64,000 bases of DNA from Cystobasidiomycetes sp. EMM_F5. Lineage: Eukaryota. The position numbers and the translations under genes are program-made. The stretch spans positions 1 to 64,000 of the forward strand of contig JBPGPT010000015.1 in the NCBI GenBank assembly GCA_051047955.1, written 5' to 3'. Below are positions 49,854 through 63,365 of this stretch, piece after piece. Each line of letters starts with the position of its first letter. Position 1 is the stretch's first letter. The notes beneath the pieces are model-generated. The model saw nothing but the letters and a program-made list of their open reading frames with translations, did not search any database and was not told where the DNA came from.

Positions 49854-51833
49854 ATGTCGCAACAACGGTCCAATATCACGCAATCTGCGGGCACTTCTCC
49901 GACAATGCAAGTCTATGAACTTGCGGCATCCGCAGCTGCAATCAATTCGCTTGCAGACGATGCAGATGTCGTAATGACGGTGACAGTACCTGCATCGGTT
50001 GCTCGAGCGGCTCTTTCGCACGCCGCAGCCACAGCCGACAACCCTAGCAAGGGAGTTGCGAGTTCTGGAATATACGCATCTGCCGCCAGCACTACTAGAG
50101 CTGCCGCTGCAGCTTCGTCAACCACAAGACTGTCGACTACAGGAGTAGCTGCCTCGACGAATGCCTACGGTATATTGGCCTCTTCAGACAGTATAGGTAT
50201 CATGAGTCTGTCAACCTTGGCAGTCAAGCCAATCATCGGCTCAACGCCCATTGTTTTCGGAGCGACGGCGACTGGCTCTAGTCCAGCTTCCTCTACCGCT
50301 GTCGTCACAAACAGCCCCGGCAACAGCGACAGCAATTTCTCTCATGTATCCAGCTCGCCTGCTGCAATCGCTCTGATTAGCATAGGCTCCGTAGCCCTTG
50401 CTGCCGTTGTCGTTGCCGGCGTAGCTTTCTTTCTCCGACGATCGAGTCGTCGAAAGGCACGACAAGCGCGGTATGCTGCATCGTACCCTTATGTTGGACC
50501 TCCCGGTTGGTACAGCGATTCCAACGGTCATCGCAGCGAGGGTTCTCCTCCGAGCACTTCTAGTTCGATGCGACAACTTACTCTCCCGATGGCAAGAGCA
50601 AACAGGGAGCTGCGTGAAAAGGACGCATACTCCCATCAACAGGTATCCTTCCCAGTCCAGACATTCATGCATACTGTCATTCCAGCAAGTGACGACGGTA
50701 GCGCCGAAGGCAGCCTGTATGACGAACCCATCGATGCGGGCGGCCGACGCAAATCTTCGATGGACAGATCCCTCGTGCATCACATCACATCGAAAGCCTC
50801 TGTGATGCACACTCCATCGCTGTATCAAGCTGATTCTCCAAATCAGTATGGCCTTGCGCGGGCTTGGGACCAACCTCCACCGGACACGGCTGCCTCTTCT
50901 CCATTCCTGGACTCGCATATGACAGGCCCGTTGCGATCTGCCAATCTAGGATCCTTCTCTGCATCCGCCGCTCCACGGACATTCAGCGAAAAAGCAGCAG
51001 CATCTCCTTCAATATCAAGTCTAGCTCCAGCCAGACCTGCGCGACCTCCATCTCTCTCCAGCAGCTTCAAGCATGCCATTGACGAAGATTTGGCGTCCAG
51101 ATCGCCTTTCATCCCGCCGACCAAGCGGTCCCCTTTAAACTCAGCGAGACCAGATTCGCTGCAAGATACCTCAGTCACGACGCCCTTAGTGACATCGCAG
51201 TGGGGTCACCACACCATCTCGCAAGTCTTCGGCACTACAGCTCTATCACCAAAAAGTGCCGATTACGACGAGGAGGAGGCAGACGTATTTATGGCACTAC
51301 CGAACTTGCCGCCACGCAAAAGCTCGTCTCGCTGGGCTTCATTCTCCTCCGAACCGCGTCAGCATGGGTCGATGTCTTCTCTGCAACAGCCAGATCTCAG
51401 TAACATGCCTTCCCGCTTCTCCGTGACAACTCTAGGCAGCGTTGATAGCGATCCGGGGCACGCGGATTGGCAAGTCAGAGTTGCACAGCGCCAAATGGTG
51501 ATGATGCCGCCACGTGCACCGTTTATATCGGCAAACACACAAAGTCCTGCAGCGCAATCGGATGTTGACACCCTTGGAGAGCCAAAACCGATGTTCAGCT
51601 ATTTCCCGCAACCTGCAGATTCGCCATTCGCAGACCCAACGGAATGGCAAGACACTGCGCCGCTGAATACATACGGTGCCACCATGCGGAGACAATCCGA
51701 AATTGCGAGAGCGAGTACTATCCAAAGTGACTTTGAAAAAGACGGGGAGCAAACCAATTCAGTAGTTCGCGAGCTCATCAGGAAGCGTAGCACAGCAGGG
51801 CTGTTTGCAGAAGGCGCTGATTTACCTTATTAG
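49854..51833 (+). CDS. Single-pass membrane protein: Ser/Thr/Ala-rich ectodomain, TM helix, long Ser/Pro-rich cytoplasmic tail (Mid2/Skg6-like architecture)
   Basis: Uninterrupted ORF of about 660 aa; TM helix AAIALISIGSVALAAVVVAGVAFFL followed by RRSSRRK. No evident signal peptide; start uncertain. Confidence 0.75.
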   Translation: MSQQRSNITQSAGTSPTMQVYELAASAAAINSLADDADVVMTVTVPASVARAALSHAAATADNPSKGVASSGIYASAASTTRAAAAASSTTRLSTTGVAASTNAYGILASSDSIGIMSLSTLAVKPIIGSTPIVFGATATGSSPASSTAVVTNSPGNSDSNFSHVSSSPAAIALISIGSVALAAVVVAGVAFFLRRSSRRKARQARYAASYPYVGPPGWYSDSNGHRSEGSPPSTSSSMRQLTLPMARANRELREKDAYSHQQVSFPVQTFMHTVIPASDDGSAEGSLYDEPIDAGGRRKSSMDRSLVHHITSKASVMHTPSLYQADSPNQYGLARAWDQPPPDTAASSPFLDSHMTGPLRSANLGSFSASAAPRTFSEKAAASPSISSLAPARPARPPSLSSSFKHAIDEDLASRSPFIPPTKRSPLNSARPDSLQDTSVTTPLVTSQWGHHTISQVFGTTALSPKSADYDEEEADVFMALPNLPPRKSSSRWASFSSEPRQHGSMSSLQQPDLSNMPSRFSVTTLGSVDSDPGHADWQVRVAQRQMVMMPPRAPFISANTQSPAAQSDVDTLGEPKPMFSYFPQPADSPFADPTEWQDTAPLNTYGATMRRQSEIARASTIQSDFEKDGEQTNSVVRELIRKRSTAGLFAEGADLPY

Positions 51834-52002
51834 ACGATTTTGGGCAGTCCAGAACTCTATTAGTAGTAGTCAATTTAGGGTCAGAGGGGTATTGAGGGTA
51901 GTACAGGATTTTTGGCGCCAAGTCAGCGAAGAATGTTTGATGTATTCCATGAGTAATTAAAGCACTGCCTAAGGACAATTGCGCAATTCTGTGCACTTTA
52001 AC

Positions 52003-54704
52003 CTAAGTCTGATGCACACTGCTTTTCGCCCAGCTTTGCTCCTGCTCCAAGCGAAATTGATGTGCTTTCTTGTGGCCCTCATAGCGCTGAATGCGGTGTT
52101 CCGACTCATCGAGGCGATGCATGTTTTCTGGATACATCCTCAGACCATGTACAGGGCAGACCACTGATGCTTGTGGCTTACCGAGCATACTATTCAGAGC
52201 ATACAGACCGAGGTGTATGACACCGACTATCTCTGGACCGTGCGGACCGCGGTGAGTCCCGTCAATACCCCCCATGCTTTTGCTTATTGCATCTGGGTAA
52301 CAGCGATTCAGTACGACGGGCCGTAGAATCATCGCGACGACACCCACAAGATGAACGCATCATTTTTGCAGCTTCCGATGCATCGGTATGGTGGAAGTAT
52401 GCACCGAGGAAACACAACAGCAGTGGCTTAAGGTGCTGAACTTGAAGACTGTCCGCTAACGCCAGCGCTGATGTGAAGCATGCTCTATGCTTCTCAGTCA
52501 GTCAAATCATCCGCGTACTGCGACGGAGTGGAGCGTACTTTGATTTGGTGAGCTCGCCGCTCGTTAGCCCTTCCACGACGAGAGCAAGCAGCTCCATGGT
52601 AGGATCTGATTTTGAGGAACAATCGATGACTACACTTTGCGCCAGGTTGGCCAGATTCACATTGATGTGTGTGGGATCTGAGTTGCCCACATCACGAGCG
52701 ATCATGACCAGAAGAGTAGAAGCTCGGCACACTATGCCAAAAAATGAAGTAGGATCAAAGTTCTGCAAAGCGACAAAGTAGCACCGCTGCGCGCGGTCGA
52801 GATCCAGCAAACAATGTGCTATGGTGCCTTGTACAAGGGCAATGCGCCCAGCGACAGCAGGCCAGAGTCCGCTGCATCTTGCTGTAACAATGCAGTCGTC
52901 AAGGGTCTGTATTACGCGGATACGGTTTCAGTCCGTGGCTTGTCCGGTCAACAGCACTACTTACAGCTCGCGCTTCCCATAATTGCGATCTCATGACGAG
53001 CATAGTTGCGCGGTAGAGCAAAATATCGACTCTGATATGGGCCAATTGTTCTTGTAACGTGATGATGCTCCGTAGATTACCATGCGTGCTCGATGCGTGC
53101 GCTATACGATGATGATGAGCGTTGCAGCCAGGTAGAAAAGTAGTCAGTGCTCGACTTACGATCATCACCTACGATGGAGGCGTCGAGCAGATCGATCCCT
53201 GCAGCTGAGAACAGCAAGCTGCGCAAGCCAATGGCTGACGGGTCGAAATTGATGGCGGTAGATATCAAGTAGGTATACAGGTAGAATACCCGCTTTGGTA
53301 AAATTTTGAGCACAATTCTCTCAGAAGAGAGAACCAGATCTTCGGATACGTTCTCGAGTTTTACGTTCACGCGTTTCTGGTTCGGATTGGCTTTGACGGG
53401 TAGCTGTGGTCTGCTGCATCAATGACTACCCTGCCAAAGTCGCATCCAAGTACGTACGTAAACGTAGCCTTCTATGTGCCCATCCTCAGCGTCGGATGCA
53501 TCGGCGAGATTCTGTATCTGTCTTACAGCTAGCTTCGCGGCATTCATCTTTCCAATGGCAGCGTTGTATGCGCATAGTATGACTAAGAACTGCATGACGA
53601 GGCTCCTCGGCAGGCCAAGGTCACTGACAACTTCCAGATCTGCGGGAGTGAATGTGTCCGTTGCATCAATTCCATCATAGTGACTGGAAGGCTCCGCGGG
53701 AAGCAGAGAGGGCTTGTTGAAGGTCTTTGCCAACCATCGCAGGCGCTGGCGAGAGAGAGTAATGTCTTCGGCAATCATCGCAACTCTAGCAACGTACAGA
53801 TTGGCAAGCCACTGCATTGGCTGGTCATCTCTAAAAGTTGCAAAGTCCAGAAGATCTTGTGCAGCTGTCAAAGCTGTCACCATTGACTTCTCATGATCAA
53901 GTGCCAACGAAATGTTCAGGAGTAGGAATCTATACTGCCACGTTGCAGAAATGTTGTGTGCCGGAGAGTAATCCGCTATGTATCGCTTGAGTGAGCTTCG
54001 TGCGAATTTCGTGTTACCGCGGCTGATTGCCAATGACACTTGCATGTATTGAAAACGCAAGCGATACTCCACAAGCGAGATATGCTGGATTCGCGAATTT
54101 AGCATAATAACAGTGAAAAGGAAATGGCCTTCAGATTTACCTGCGAGGAAGCAGAGATCTAAACGCGAAGGTCGGTCGTCAGTTTGCAGAGCAGACACAT
54201 AGAAAGCGAGACACATACGCCCCGTGATAGCAGCATCTCTGCTTCTGCCGCCTCTTCAGTCTCATTGATCAACAATTCTGCCAGCATAGCGATCGCGCGT
54301 AGTCGGATGACGGGACTACCATCAATATCATCTATCGCTATGACTTTGCGTAAACAGATAATGGCCGCCGCGATGTAGCGTCTGTATGAGGCTAGCATGT
54401 CGCCTAAATCGGCCATGATCCTCCGGCGTTCCGGTAGTGTTTTCGGGTCAAGACTGTACAGAGCTTCTGCATTTCGGAGATAGTCATCCATCTTATCGAG
54501 TCGCGACAAGTCAGCCTGAAGAGAGGTTTCGCTGTTGCTGGAAAGTACCGCGCCGAAGTCGCTCGGGGGAAGTGCGGGAGGTCGAATGGCTAGACCAGGT
54601 GCCAATGCATGTGCGTTTTCGACAAACTGACAAGCGAGGACCAGTAATTCGTATGGCAATTGCAACAGCGTCTCCGCAGTCTTTGATACAGATTGCTCCG
54701 CCAT
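52003..54704 (-). CDS. Cohesin loading factor Scc4/Mau2 (Ssl3)-like, multi-exon
   Basis: YRRYIAAAIICLRKV..IRLRAIAMLAELLINETEEAAEAEMLLSRG resembles the fungal cohesin-loader N-terminus; the remaining exons look helical/TPR-like. Confidence 0.7.
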
Positions 54705-54909
54705 TTCCAAGTCCGTATGTCCAGACTACTCGTGTTTGATGTGCATGCTAGCCATGGCAAGAGTCAGCGTGTGGTGATCAGCATCAGCACCACGGACACT
54801 CGTCAGTCCATCTGGTTATTTATGCATGGGTTTAGTTGAAAAAGGCGCGTAAATGAGACAAACGCAAACCAGCCACGGCTATCTCCTAACAATTGATAAT
54901 CTGCCAGCA

Positions 54910-56254
54910 ATGTCGCACAATGCACCCAAGCTGTCAAGCGACAGTATGCTCATCCTCGAGCAGTCCCTGCTCAAAGTGCCCGTTGAAGCCATGCGCAAGG
55001 CTCACCGGCTATCGAGCAAGGCTATTGATAAAGACTTGACGTCGCTCAGTACGAGTCTCAAACGGACGCGGAAGCTGGTAGACCACGATGAACGACTTCG
55101 ACAAGTGGAGGCAGCAATCGTCAAGATGAAGGGCGCAAAGCGCAAGGTCGGTTGCTTGTCGAATGTTGTCAGGGCGAGATTAGGCTGAAACGGCCAACTC
55201 AGCTCGAAGACGCCCAGTCTGCTCAAAAGTCTCTAGTGAAGTCCTCTAGGGACCGCATAGCCCACCTACAACAGCTATCGGCACTCAATTCTTTCTCCTC
55301 CCGCGCGTACTCGTCATGGGCACATCTCCGGCTTCAACGCCACATTGTCGACTACCTTTTGCGCAGTGGATATGCTGCATCGGCCGAAATGCTCAGCGAC
55401 AATGAACACCTAGGCGGACTGTGCGACGTGGAGCTTGACATGTTTCGCGAATTGAGGAGGATCGAAACGGCTCTTGCCGACGGCAGCGCAACTTTGGCTT
55501 TGACCTGGTGCAGAGATCATTCAGCGACCCTGAAGAAGAACAGGGTACGAAATTATCCTTCATCTGATGCTCTGCGAGCTGAGATTTGTTTGCATTTCAG
55601 ACCACACTGGAATTCGATCTACGGTTTCAAGAGTTTATAGAGCTGGCTCGCCAGTATAAGAGGACTGAAGCCATTGCATACTGCAGGAAGCACTTGGTAC
55701 CGCTAGCAGAGACGCTATCCTTCGCAGCCTCCACTAGCAAGAGCGGTGCGACGCGTGTCCGCCAAGCAATGACGCTGCTGGCTTTCGGACCCGACACGAC
55801 TTGCCCTCCTTACAAAGCACTCTACGACCGACAGCGATGGCACAGTCTCATCGCAACATTCCGAAAATCTTACATGTCTCTCCTCAGCCTACCGCCCCTT
55901 CCATTACTCAATCTTTCATTATGGGCCGGGCTGGCCGCACTCAAGCTGCCATCTTGCATATCCTCAGATGCTGCTGAACACAACAGAGACTGTCCAACGT
56001 GCGATCAAACCCTACTCGGTCCGCTTGCTAAAGCGCCAGAGGTGCCGTGGGGTCATCATGACAATTCAATCATTGTTTGCCGTGTGACTGGCAGTGTCTT
56101 GGCGGGGGAAGATACGATATACGCCCTGCCAAATGGTATGGTGTATTCTGGGGAGGCTTGTGAATCCCTAAAAGACGAGGCGAAGCGCGTCCGCTGTCCC
56201 CGCACCAACCAAGTCTTCGAATGGTCTAGCTTGAAGAAAGTTTACATAACGTAA
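54910..56254 (+). CDS. FYV10: GID/CTLH E3 ligase subunit Fyv10/Gid9 (MAEA)
   Basis: LILEQSLLKVPVE, LisH (RHIVDYLLRSGY), CTLH (ALTWC..LEFDLRFQEFIEL), CPTC..LPNGMVYS..CPRT..KKVYIT. Confidence 0.9.
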
Positions 56255-56397
56255 CGCCGCGATTAGCTTTGGGCGCCCGTAAATTGAGATTAAGATTGTT
56301 GTTATTGATGCGCTGCGCATTGTTACAGATACTTGAGCAATTCTGACACATTTGAAGTGAGGACTCGACCGTCGTATCTTTGACCGCTCGCAACACC

Positions 56398-57903
56398 ATG
56401 CCCACTGTTGGTTCAAACAACAAACATGCTCCTGTCAAGATAGCTGCGGGATTGCTTGAAGGATCTCTCCGACCGGCACTGGCTTTGATATCCGACTCGC
56501 TGATCCAGCCTGGTACAATATTGTTGCAGACGTTGCTGCATCAGAGCATCGCCAGGTAAGCTATTTCCGTACAGAATTGTCCTCCTGCTAATTCGGAAGC
56601 GTAGAAGCGACTCAATCGCCGTCGTCTGTGCTGATGTTCCACCGTCTGTACTGCTGGGCCCAGGCCACAATAATGACTGCCGCATACTAGATTGCACTGG
56701 AGCATTCCCATCAGACAATCAGAACAGCATTGGTACAGCATTTCCACCAGCGACGGTTGCAGATGTATCCGACTATGCCGCTCTACAGGCGTTCTTGGTT
56801 GGATGCAAACCTGTGCGACAATTGTCATTTAGCGATGATGTACTCTGTGTCTGAAGTGCATCTTCCAGGTAACATCACTATACATCGACAGCTTGAATAC
56901 TATAGAGATCTTTAATGGCGGATCATCGGTGTACGCGGTCCTCCATCAATTTCTTCACGCCTCATCCAGTAAGCCACAGTTGACAATGCACAATAATTGT
57001 CACAAACTGACTGTGCTTTTCTTCAGGGAACAGGATAATCGCTGTTTATCACAGCGACATGCCCTCGGCTCCTTCGACATCCAGTACGATACCTGTAGCT
57101 ACAGCTCTGCTATCCCCCAATTTTGCTTCATCATGCATTCATCTCGTGCTCCACCCTGTTGAACGATTTGCACATCTGCATCACTCATACGGCATCGAAG
57201 AAGTTGGGCAGAATGTTGGAGAAGAGCCCGATGCCAAGGTATTCGATTTTCTGGCGAGTATTGGGCGGAGACAATGGGGCTCACCGCTTCAGAATGGCGA
57301 TACGGACAGCCAAGACGTTGTCGAAAGCAAGTGGGACGACATAGCCTACGACTCGCCAGACCATCGTGATGTCGTTCTCGATCGGCTCGGAGTTCATAGC
57401 GATGACAGCGGTTCGGCCACAGGGCGATGTATAATCGAATATCGCGTCCGGGGACTGGGCAGGTCCGGAACTCATAACGATGCAGGGAAGGTCGGCCGAG
57501 GACTGGAAGGCCTCAGATTGTCACGGAACAATGGCGCAGTGAGGGCAGTACCGTCGGCAGATGTTTTACGCCTGCGAAAGAGGATCATTGGCTCAACACC
57601 GAAAATGCAGCAGGTGTGCAAGGTGATGGGTGTGTATCGCTGCGAGCTAACTGTATATTCATCTGGTTTAGACACAGCCGGTCGAAACATCGAATTTCAG
57701 CTTTGATTTAACTGATCGTCAACGCAAGACCCGAGACGCAACGCCGCTGCCATACACAAGTGCCGGTGAGTGTGCCTGCATACGCTGGCTGCATCGTACC
57801 AGTTTTCTTGACTGTTGCAGCAACAGGCACTGGCGAGATCATGTATCGACCTGATTCTGCAGACGATATCGATTCCGACCCAGATGAGGATCTAGAGTTT
57901 TGA
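56398..57903 (+). CDS. ELP5: Elongator complex subunit Elp5 (Iki1), multi-exon
   Basis: N-terminal ISDSLIQPG; C-terminal FQL.LTDRQRKTRDATPLPY..GEIMYRPDSADDIDSDPDEDLEF*, the characteristic Elp5 tail, which the ORF track does not show. Confidence 0.8.
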
Positions 57904-58501
57904 ATCAGCTTCCTCTCCTCATCAGACGACCTCTGCAAAGCGTGAGCGATTCACTAGCCGACAGCGACTTCCTGGACATTGCTGGCAATTGTTTTTGTGA
58001 CGGCTGCTAGAAAAGTCGAGCCAAGTCGTCCACTACCATGGTCCAGCATACAGCCAGCAGTCTTTGGTCCTCTTCATCGGCGTGGTGGGCTCAATCAGTG
58101 ATAATGATCATAGGACGTTCGCTTGATGCACTTGTCACTGTCAAAGTCGTAGAGACTGAGGATGCCTTGTGGCACATGATTATTACTTACTGATGGGATT
58201 AAGGTCGGCCATTAGCACTTCTGCAGGCCAACGCGTCATAGATTTCATCGTTGGCCTTGGAAACTGTGCAGTTTTGCGCGTCTTCGAGTGACTTCCTGAG
58301 AATTTGGAGTCTGCTTCTTGCCTCCCTGCACCCAACCTACCAGCCGCGACACTCAGCACCTACAACAACACACTGTGAGCCCGCAAGCGACAACTTGCTG
58401 CGAGTCGTCTGTCCGCATCCTCACGCTGACTGTCAGTTCTCATCGCCCACTCCGAAAACTGCCCCGTGCCTGACCAACCCCGACCGCATCTTTACATACT
58501 C

Positions 58502-59436
58502 ATGGCGCACACGTTCCGCCGTTTCGCAAGCTCAGCTAGCAAAATGTCCCAGGTACGTCTCGTCACGATGGTAGCTCCTGCTTCGCGCTGACCGATCTGC
58601 TTGCTTTGTCCCGTAGGTATTCTTCGACGTTTCCATCGGCGTTCGTTATGCTTTTTGCAATGATGGCGTCACTGTTGTCTGACAAGCTTAATCGACTTAC
58701 AGGGTAAGCCAGCTGGCCGCATCACCTTCGAGCTCGAGGACAAGGTCACTCCAAAGACCGCAAAGAACTTCCGTGAGCTTTGCACTGGACAAAATGTAGG
58801 TTGCCCAAACGTCTGTATGGGAGAATCGACCTGACCTTGTTTCACGCACAGGGCTACGGCTACCAAGGATCCATGTACGAGGGCGCTAGAATGTTTATAA
58901 CGGAAGATAGCTGACCTGCATAAAAGCTTCCACCGTGTCATCCCCCAGTAAGCTAATGCTGTACAGCTATAAGTGCCGGTCTAAACAGTTACTGTATCGT
59001 CAGATTCATGCTCCAGGGTGGTGACTTCACCAACCACAACGGAACCGGAGGCAAGAGGTGGGTGTGACTTTTTGGCTCATACAGTCTTAGCTGACATTGT
59101 GTTGATTCGCCGACAGCATCTACGGCGAAAAGTTCCAGGACGAGAACTTCACCTTGAAGCACACTACTCCTGGTCTCCTGTCCATGGCAAATGCAGGCAA
59201 AAACACCAATGGTTCGCAATTTTTCGTTACAACCGTTGCTTGCCCATGGCTCGTAAGTGCACAAAGCTACACAGTCTCAGCATTTACTGAATCGGGTCCA
59301 TCATCAGGACGGAAAGCACGTTGTCTTCGGCAAGGTTGTCGACGGACTTGACGTTGTTCGTGCTGTCGAGGCCGTTGGCTCCCAGTCCGGCAAGCCTTCC
59401 CAGAAGGTCGAGATCACCAAGTCTGGCGAGCTCTAA
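58502..59436 (+). CDS. CPR1: Cyclophilin A-type peptidyl-prolyl isomerase, 8 small exons; in-frame ATGs at 58502 and 58544
   Basis: [69 protein letters not shown]; stop at 59434-59436. Confidence 0.95.
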
Positions 59437-59710
59437 GTTACTCACTGCTTAAGAGCGGACCCTGCGGGAAAGGAAGTTTGGCTCACGCGAAATGGAGGCG
59501 CAACGTTGGTGGCAATAAAGCAAATCCTCGTTGTAAAGCCGTACGAATAAAACAATATCATGCTCACACGCGACTTGAAATGCTTTGCAATTGCGTTGCT
59601 CTAGTATTGGCTGCATTGTTCAGCATGACCGTGACCTTCCGAAGGTATTCTTGAGCGCGACCGCTCTCCATGGGCCGCCTAAACGTCCGACAAACTCCGC
59701 ACCTCATGAC

Positions 59711-61256
59711 ATGCTCACTGTCCTCTCAAACTATGTCTTCAGGTGCTTTCGAAAGTTTGAGCGGACTTTTGATAGAGTCACTGCCAGGGTTGGCCCCGTC
59801 TTTGTGACCTTCTGCACTGGGTTGTTGATACTCGGCATTATTACATACTGCAAGTCCGCTGCAGCGACGACAACGAGCTTCCGCTACTGACGCGTATGAA
59901 TGCTGCACCAGTCGATGTGTATTATCCAGCCATTTTCCTACAGCCAGGCTCTGGATGGTTGATGACACTGGCAGGAACAGCGTGGTCAATCTACGTAATT
60001 GTCTGCTTCTCCGCACATTACTACTTCGCAGTGACGATTCTGCCTGGAAGTCCGAATGATCCTCCCGGTACATTACGGACGCGACCGTTCTTTACATGGC
60101 GTGCGAAGCCCAACATCACTAGCTGTCAGACTGCGCAGCAACAGCACAGCCGTAGCGAAAGGAACACGGCCTTGATGGTTCCTAGAGACTCCGAAAGCAC
60201 TGTACTGGACCGCCGCTGTCGGAAATGTCCTGCAGGGACTGATGGACAACCAGTAAAGCCGGATAGAGCGCATCATTGCAGTGTGTGTCAGACATGTTGG
60301 CTCAAATTTGACCATCAGTGAGTCAATGACAGGGTGTAGCGTTATTTAATCTGATGGACAAGTCCGCGCAGTTGTCCCTGTAAGAGACAGCGGAAGCGTA
60401 GGCGTCGTTGCTCAATATTGGCTGACAATGGCTCGCTGCTGGATCACAGGGATCAACGGCTGCGTTGGGCTGAACAACGAAAGATACTTCTTCCTCTTCA
60501 TGGTCTATATCTGCCTGGCTTGCATTTCCGTGACTTTTCTAGGGTTCTCTACAATGCTAAACTCGCTCGATTTCGGAGAAGATGTGAGTATTTCTCATGT
60601 CTCCATAGAGCGGACTAATTACGAAAAGCATCACAGTGGCCGCACTATACCCCCCGAGCTTTCACAGCCTTGGTTTGGATCCTGAGTGTCGCCATGGGAT
60701 TTGCACTTAGCGTCATGGCATTGTGGCAGGTAAGTTAGCTCTGCACACCCGCCCTCATTGAATCACTAATGTACCTGTTTGAACAGCTATGGCTAATCGC
60801 TCGGGGCGAGAGTACCGTAGAATCGCATGACAATGGTAAGTGATAAGGACAGGCCCTTGAAGGCATCGACATCACTCAATCTTTCCCAAAGACTACTACA
60901 GAAAGCTCGCGAAGCATAGGAGCAAGGTGAGTAGTGAATTCCGCTACATACATATACATAGATTTACGCCTGTTGACAGATATTCCGCAACCCTTACGAT
61001 CTAGGCTGGATGGAGAACATTCGGTACTTTTTCAACGTAGGCGAAGGAAGGTGGGGTGCATTTCCCGTAACATAGTATGAACGAGCGAGTATTGATGCAG
61101 ACTCTGTCAAGACATCAATATTACACTGTGTTTGTGCCTTTACGTGTTTCGGCTGCTTCAGATGGCTGGTCCTGGAGAAAGCGGCATAACTGGCAAGATA
61201 CTGGGGTCACGGCAGCAGATGAGCTGACGGACGATGAAGGTGACATGAGTGAATGA
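59711..61256 (+). CDS. DHHC palmitoyltransferase, multi-exon
   Basis: CRKC..[53 protein letters not shown], DGWSW. Confidence 0.92.
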
Positions 61257-62142
61257 AGTCAGTGTATCTTGTAGCCGTTGCATTCTATTACAAAGTCTAG
61301 TTCTCCGATCGGTCGCGACATGCCCTTTTGTGCGATTGCATGGACGTGTGTCTCCGCTTCGTGTAACGACAGCTTCAACATACACCACTCGCTGTGCTAT
61401 TCGTTAGATGGTCTTTATTGAGACCTGATCTCAGAAGTCAAAGCCACTCCATCATGCATGCACTGACCTCCCTCGTTCGCTCCCCCAGGCTCTGAATCAA
61501 AATGTTTCTCGATTTCCGTCACATACAAATCACCCTCATCCAGAGACTTAGGGCTACTGAAGTGCTGCCGCAATGGTCCACAAGCGCTGGCACGAAGCTA
61601 CAACTAATTATGAGATCTATGAAGCACTCTGCCCTTGTTCCCTATGCGGAGTGGATGTGCCACTAGAAACGACGGACCCGCACAATCACGCAACAAACTT
61701 GTGTCTACCTCGCAAGCCTGCGCGCAAAGCTCCTGAGTCACAGCACAACAATACAGTAATCGTGGTCTGCGTCCTTTGTCGGGATGCCGTTGGCAAGTTT
61801 TTTACCCAGTCGCAACTCATCAACAACTACTCGACGTTGACAAAATTGCAAACGGTGCTGAGAGAGGCAGGTTGGCTCGAGTAGGTGCAGAAGAGACACA
61901 AAAAATACATTGACAAGAGCGTAACTCAACGCTATCGCTGTTGCTTTACAGCCTGAGACCGCAAGGTAAAATACGGGTATGCCAAAATGCCGACAACAAA
62001 GACATCGCTGGCAACAGCTGATTTCGGTCTCATGTTGCGACAATTCAGTCAGGGATGGAGACAAGAGGCCTAATAGCTAGAGGCATGACAGCGGTGTAAG
62101 CAACTCTCTGTATTCATCTGCGTTTGCTTCTCCACTGAGACA

Positions 62143-63365
62143 TTGAGGCAACGAAGCAAAAAGTATCTTGAGACCCAGCGAAGATCGGCTTCAGCGACAG
62201 CTACGGGTAGAGTTACTGCGTCGCACTCCGCGCAGACGATAATAGCGGCTTCCGATAATCCCACCGCTGCCAAAACCCCACCGACGGCAAGCAAACGCCT
62301 TCCCGGTACCGGGTATTTCACCGCTATAGGAGCGCAGAGAACGCCTGAAGGAGTCTACCGTATTCAAAACCTTAAAACGAAGGCAGCACTCTCAGGTCAA
62401 CCTTCCTCAAGAATCCCGTCTGTCACATCTCAGGAGCGCAGCTCGCTTCCACCTCGCCACATACCTCCAGCTCAAACAGGTATTTCGCTGCTTCGAAGCT
62501 TTCGCATTCTCGAGAGGACACCAAGGAAGTGGACGAATTAGAAAGCGATTCCGAAGATGACGCAACACAGGAGTCTTGCCCACAGGTAGACAGCGGCTAC
62601 ATCGAGGCAAATCCCAGCATTAGTGAAGACTGGCGCAACGTATCAGCGGCATCGAGCACTAGATCAGGCGGACTCACAGAAACGCTCATGGGGAGCAAAA
62701 ATGAGCACAATAAGCCAGCATATCCCCTGAAGTCAGCCTTACACAATGGGACTGCAAACACGTCAAGTGCGCTCACATGCACGGCAGTTGAGAAGAGCAA
62801 AGAGAAGAGTATCGCCAGCACTACATTTGAGCGTTCCGATGCGTCTACTTCCCGTACCATAACGCCGGACCACAACAACGCTACCATCCTGCACAGTGAG
62901 CAGAGCTCTGTTTTCCGATTTACGCGTGCATCTAGTCCGGCTGTTATACACAGCAGGGACTCGAATAGACATCCGCCGTCTAGATCACTCTCGGCAGCAG
63001 CAGAGACCTCATATAAGCTCGACGGAAAGCGAAGAACGCCAGAAAGTGACGATGAAGACGGTGAAGTGGTACCACAGAAGAAACAGAAGAAGGATCGAGA
63101 CGACGAAGACTTTACTATCAAAGTCATGGGAGTCCTCCGTTCGGCAGGACTGCACATCGGATTCCTCAAGCGCCTCTGTGACGCTGCCGCAACACCCGAT
63201 CCGCGCCTTGATGGGTCAGGTAATCAGAATGTTGTGACTTACGATGACGTTAGAAGTGACAAAGACACGGTGGACCTCTACAAAGCATCATCGGTAAGCA
63301 GATCGAGACGGCACATTCGATATCACGAACAGGTGAGACTGTCAGCGGAAGCAGGACGGAACTGA
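62143..63365 (+). other. Low-complexity ORFs (132 and 278 aa) of unknown status, possibly a degenerate gene
   Basis: Adjacent ORFs in different frames, Ser/acidic-rich with an NLS-like PQKKQKK. No domain recognised. Confidence 0.35.

Noticed and set aside
54726..54755. 9-codon upstream ORF in frame with the Scc4-like gene
   Set aside because: It lies in a ~200-bp divergent promoter, and there is no evidence that it is transcribed.
57905..58250. Possible box C/D snoRNA (U3-like) on the minus strand
   Set aside because: Only scattered GATGA/CTGA words; no convincing box A or terminal stem.
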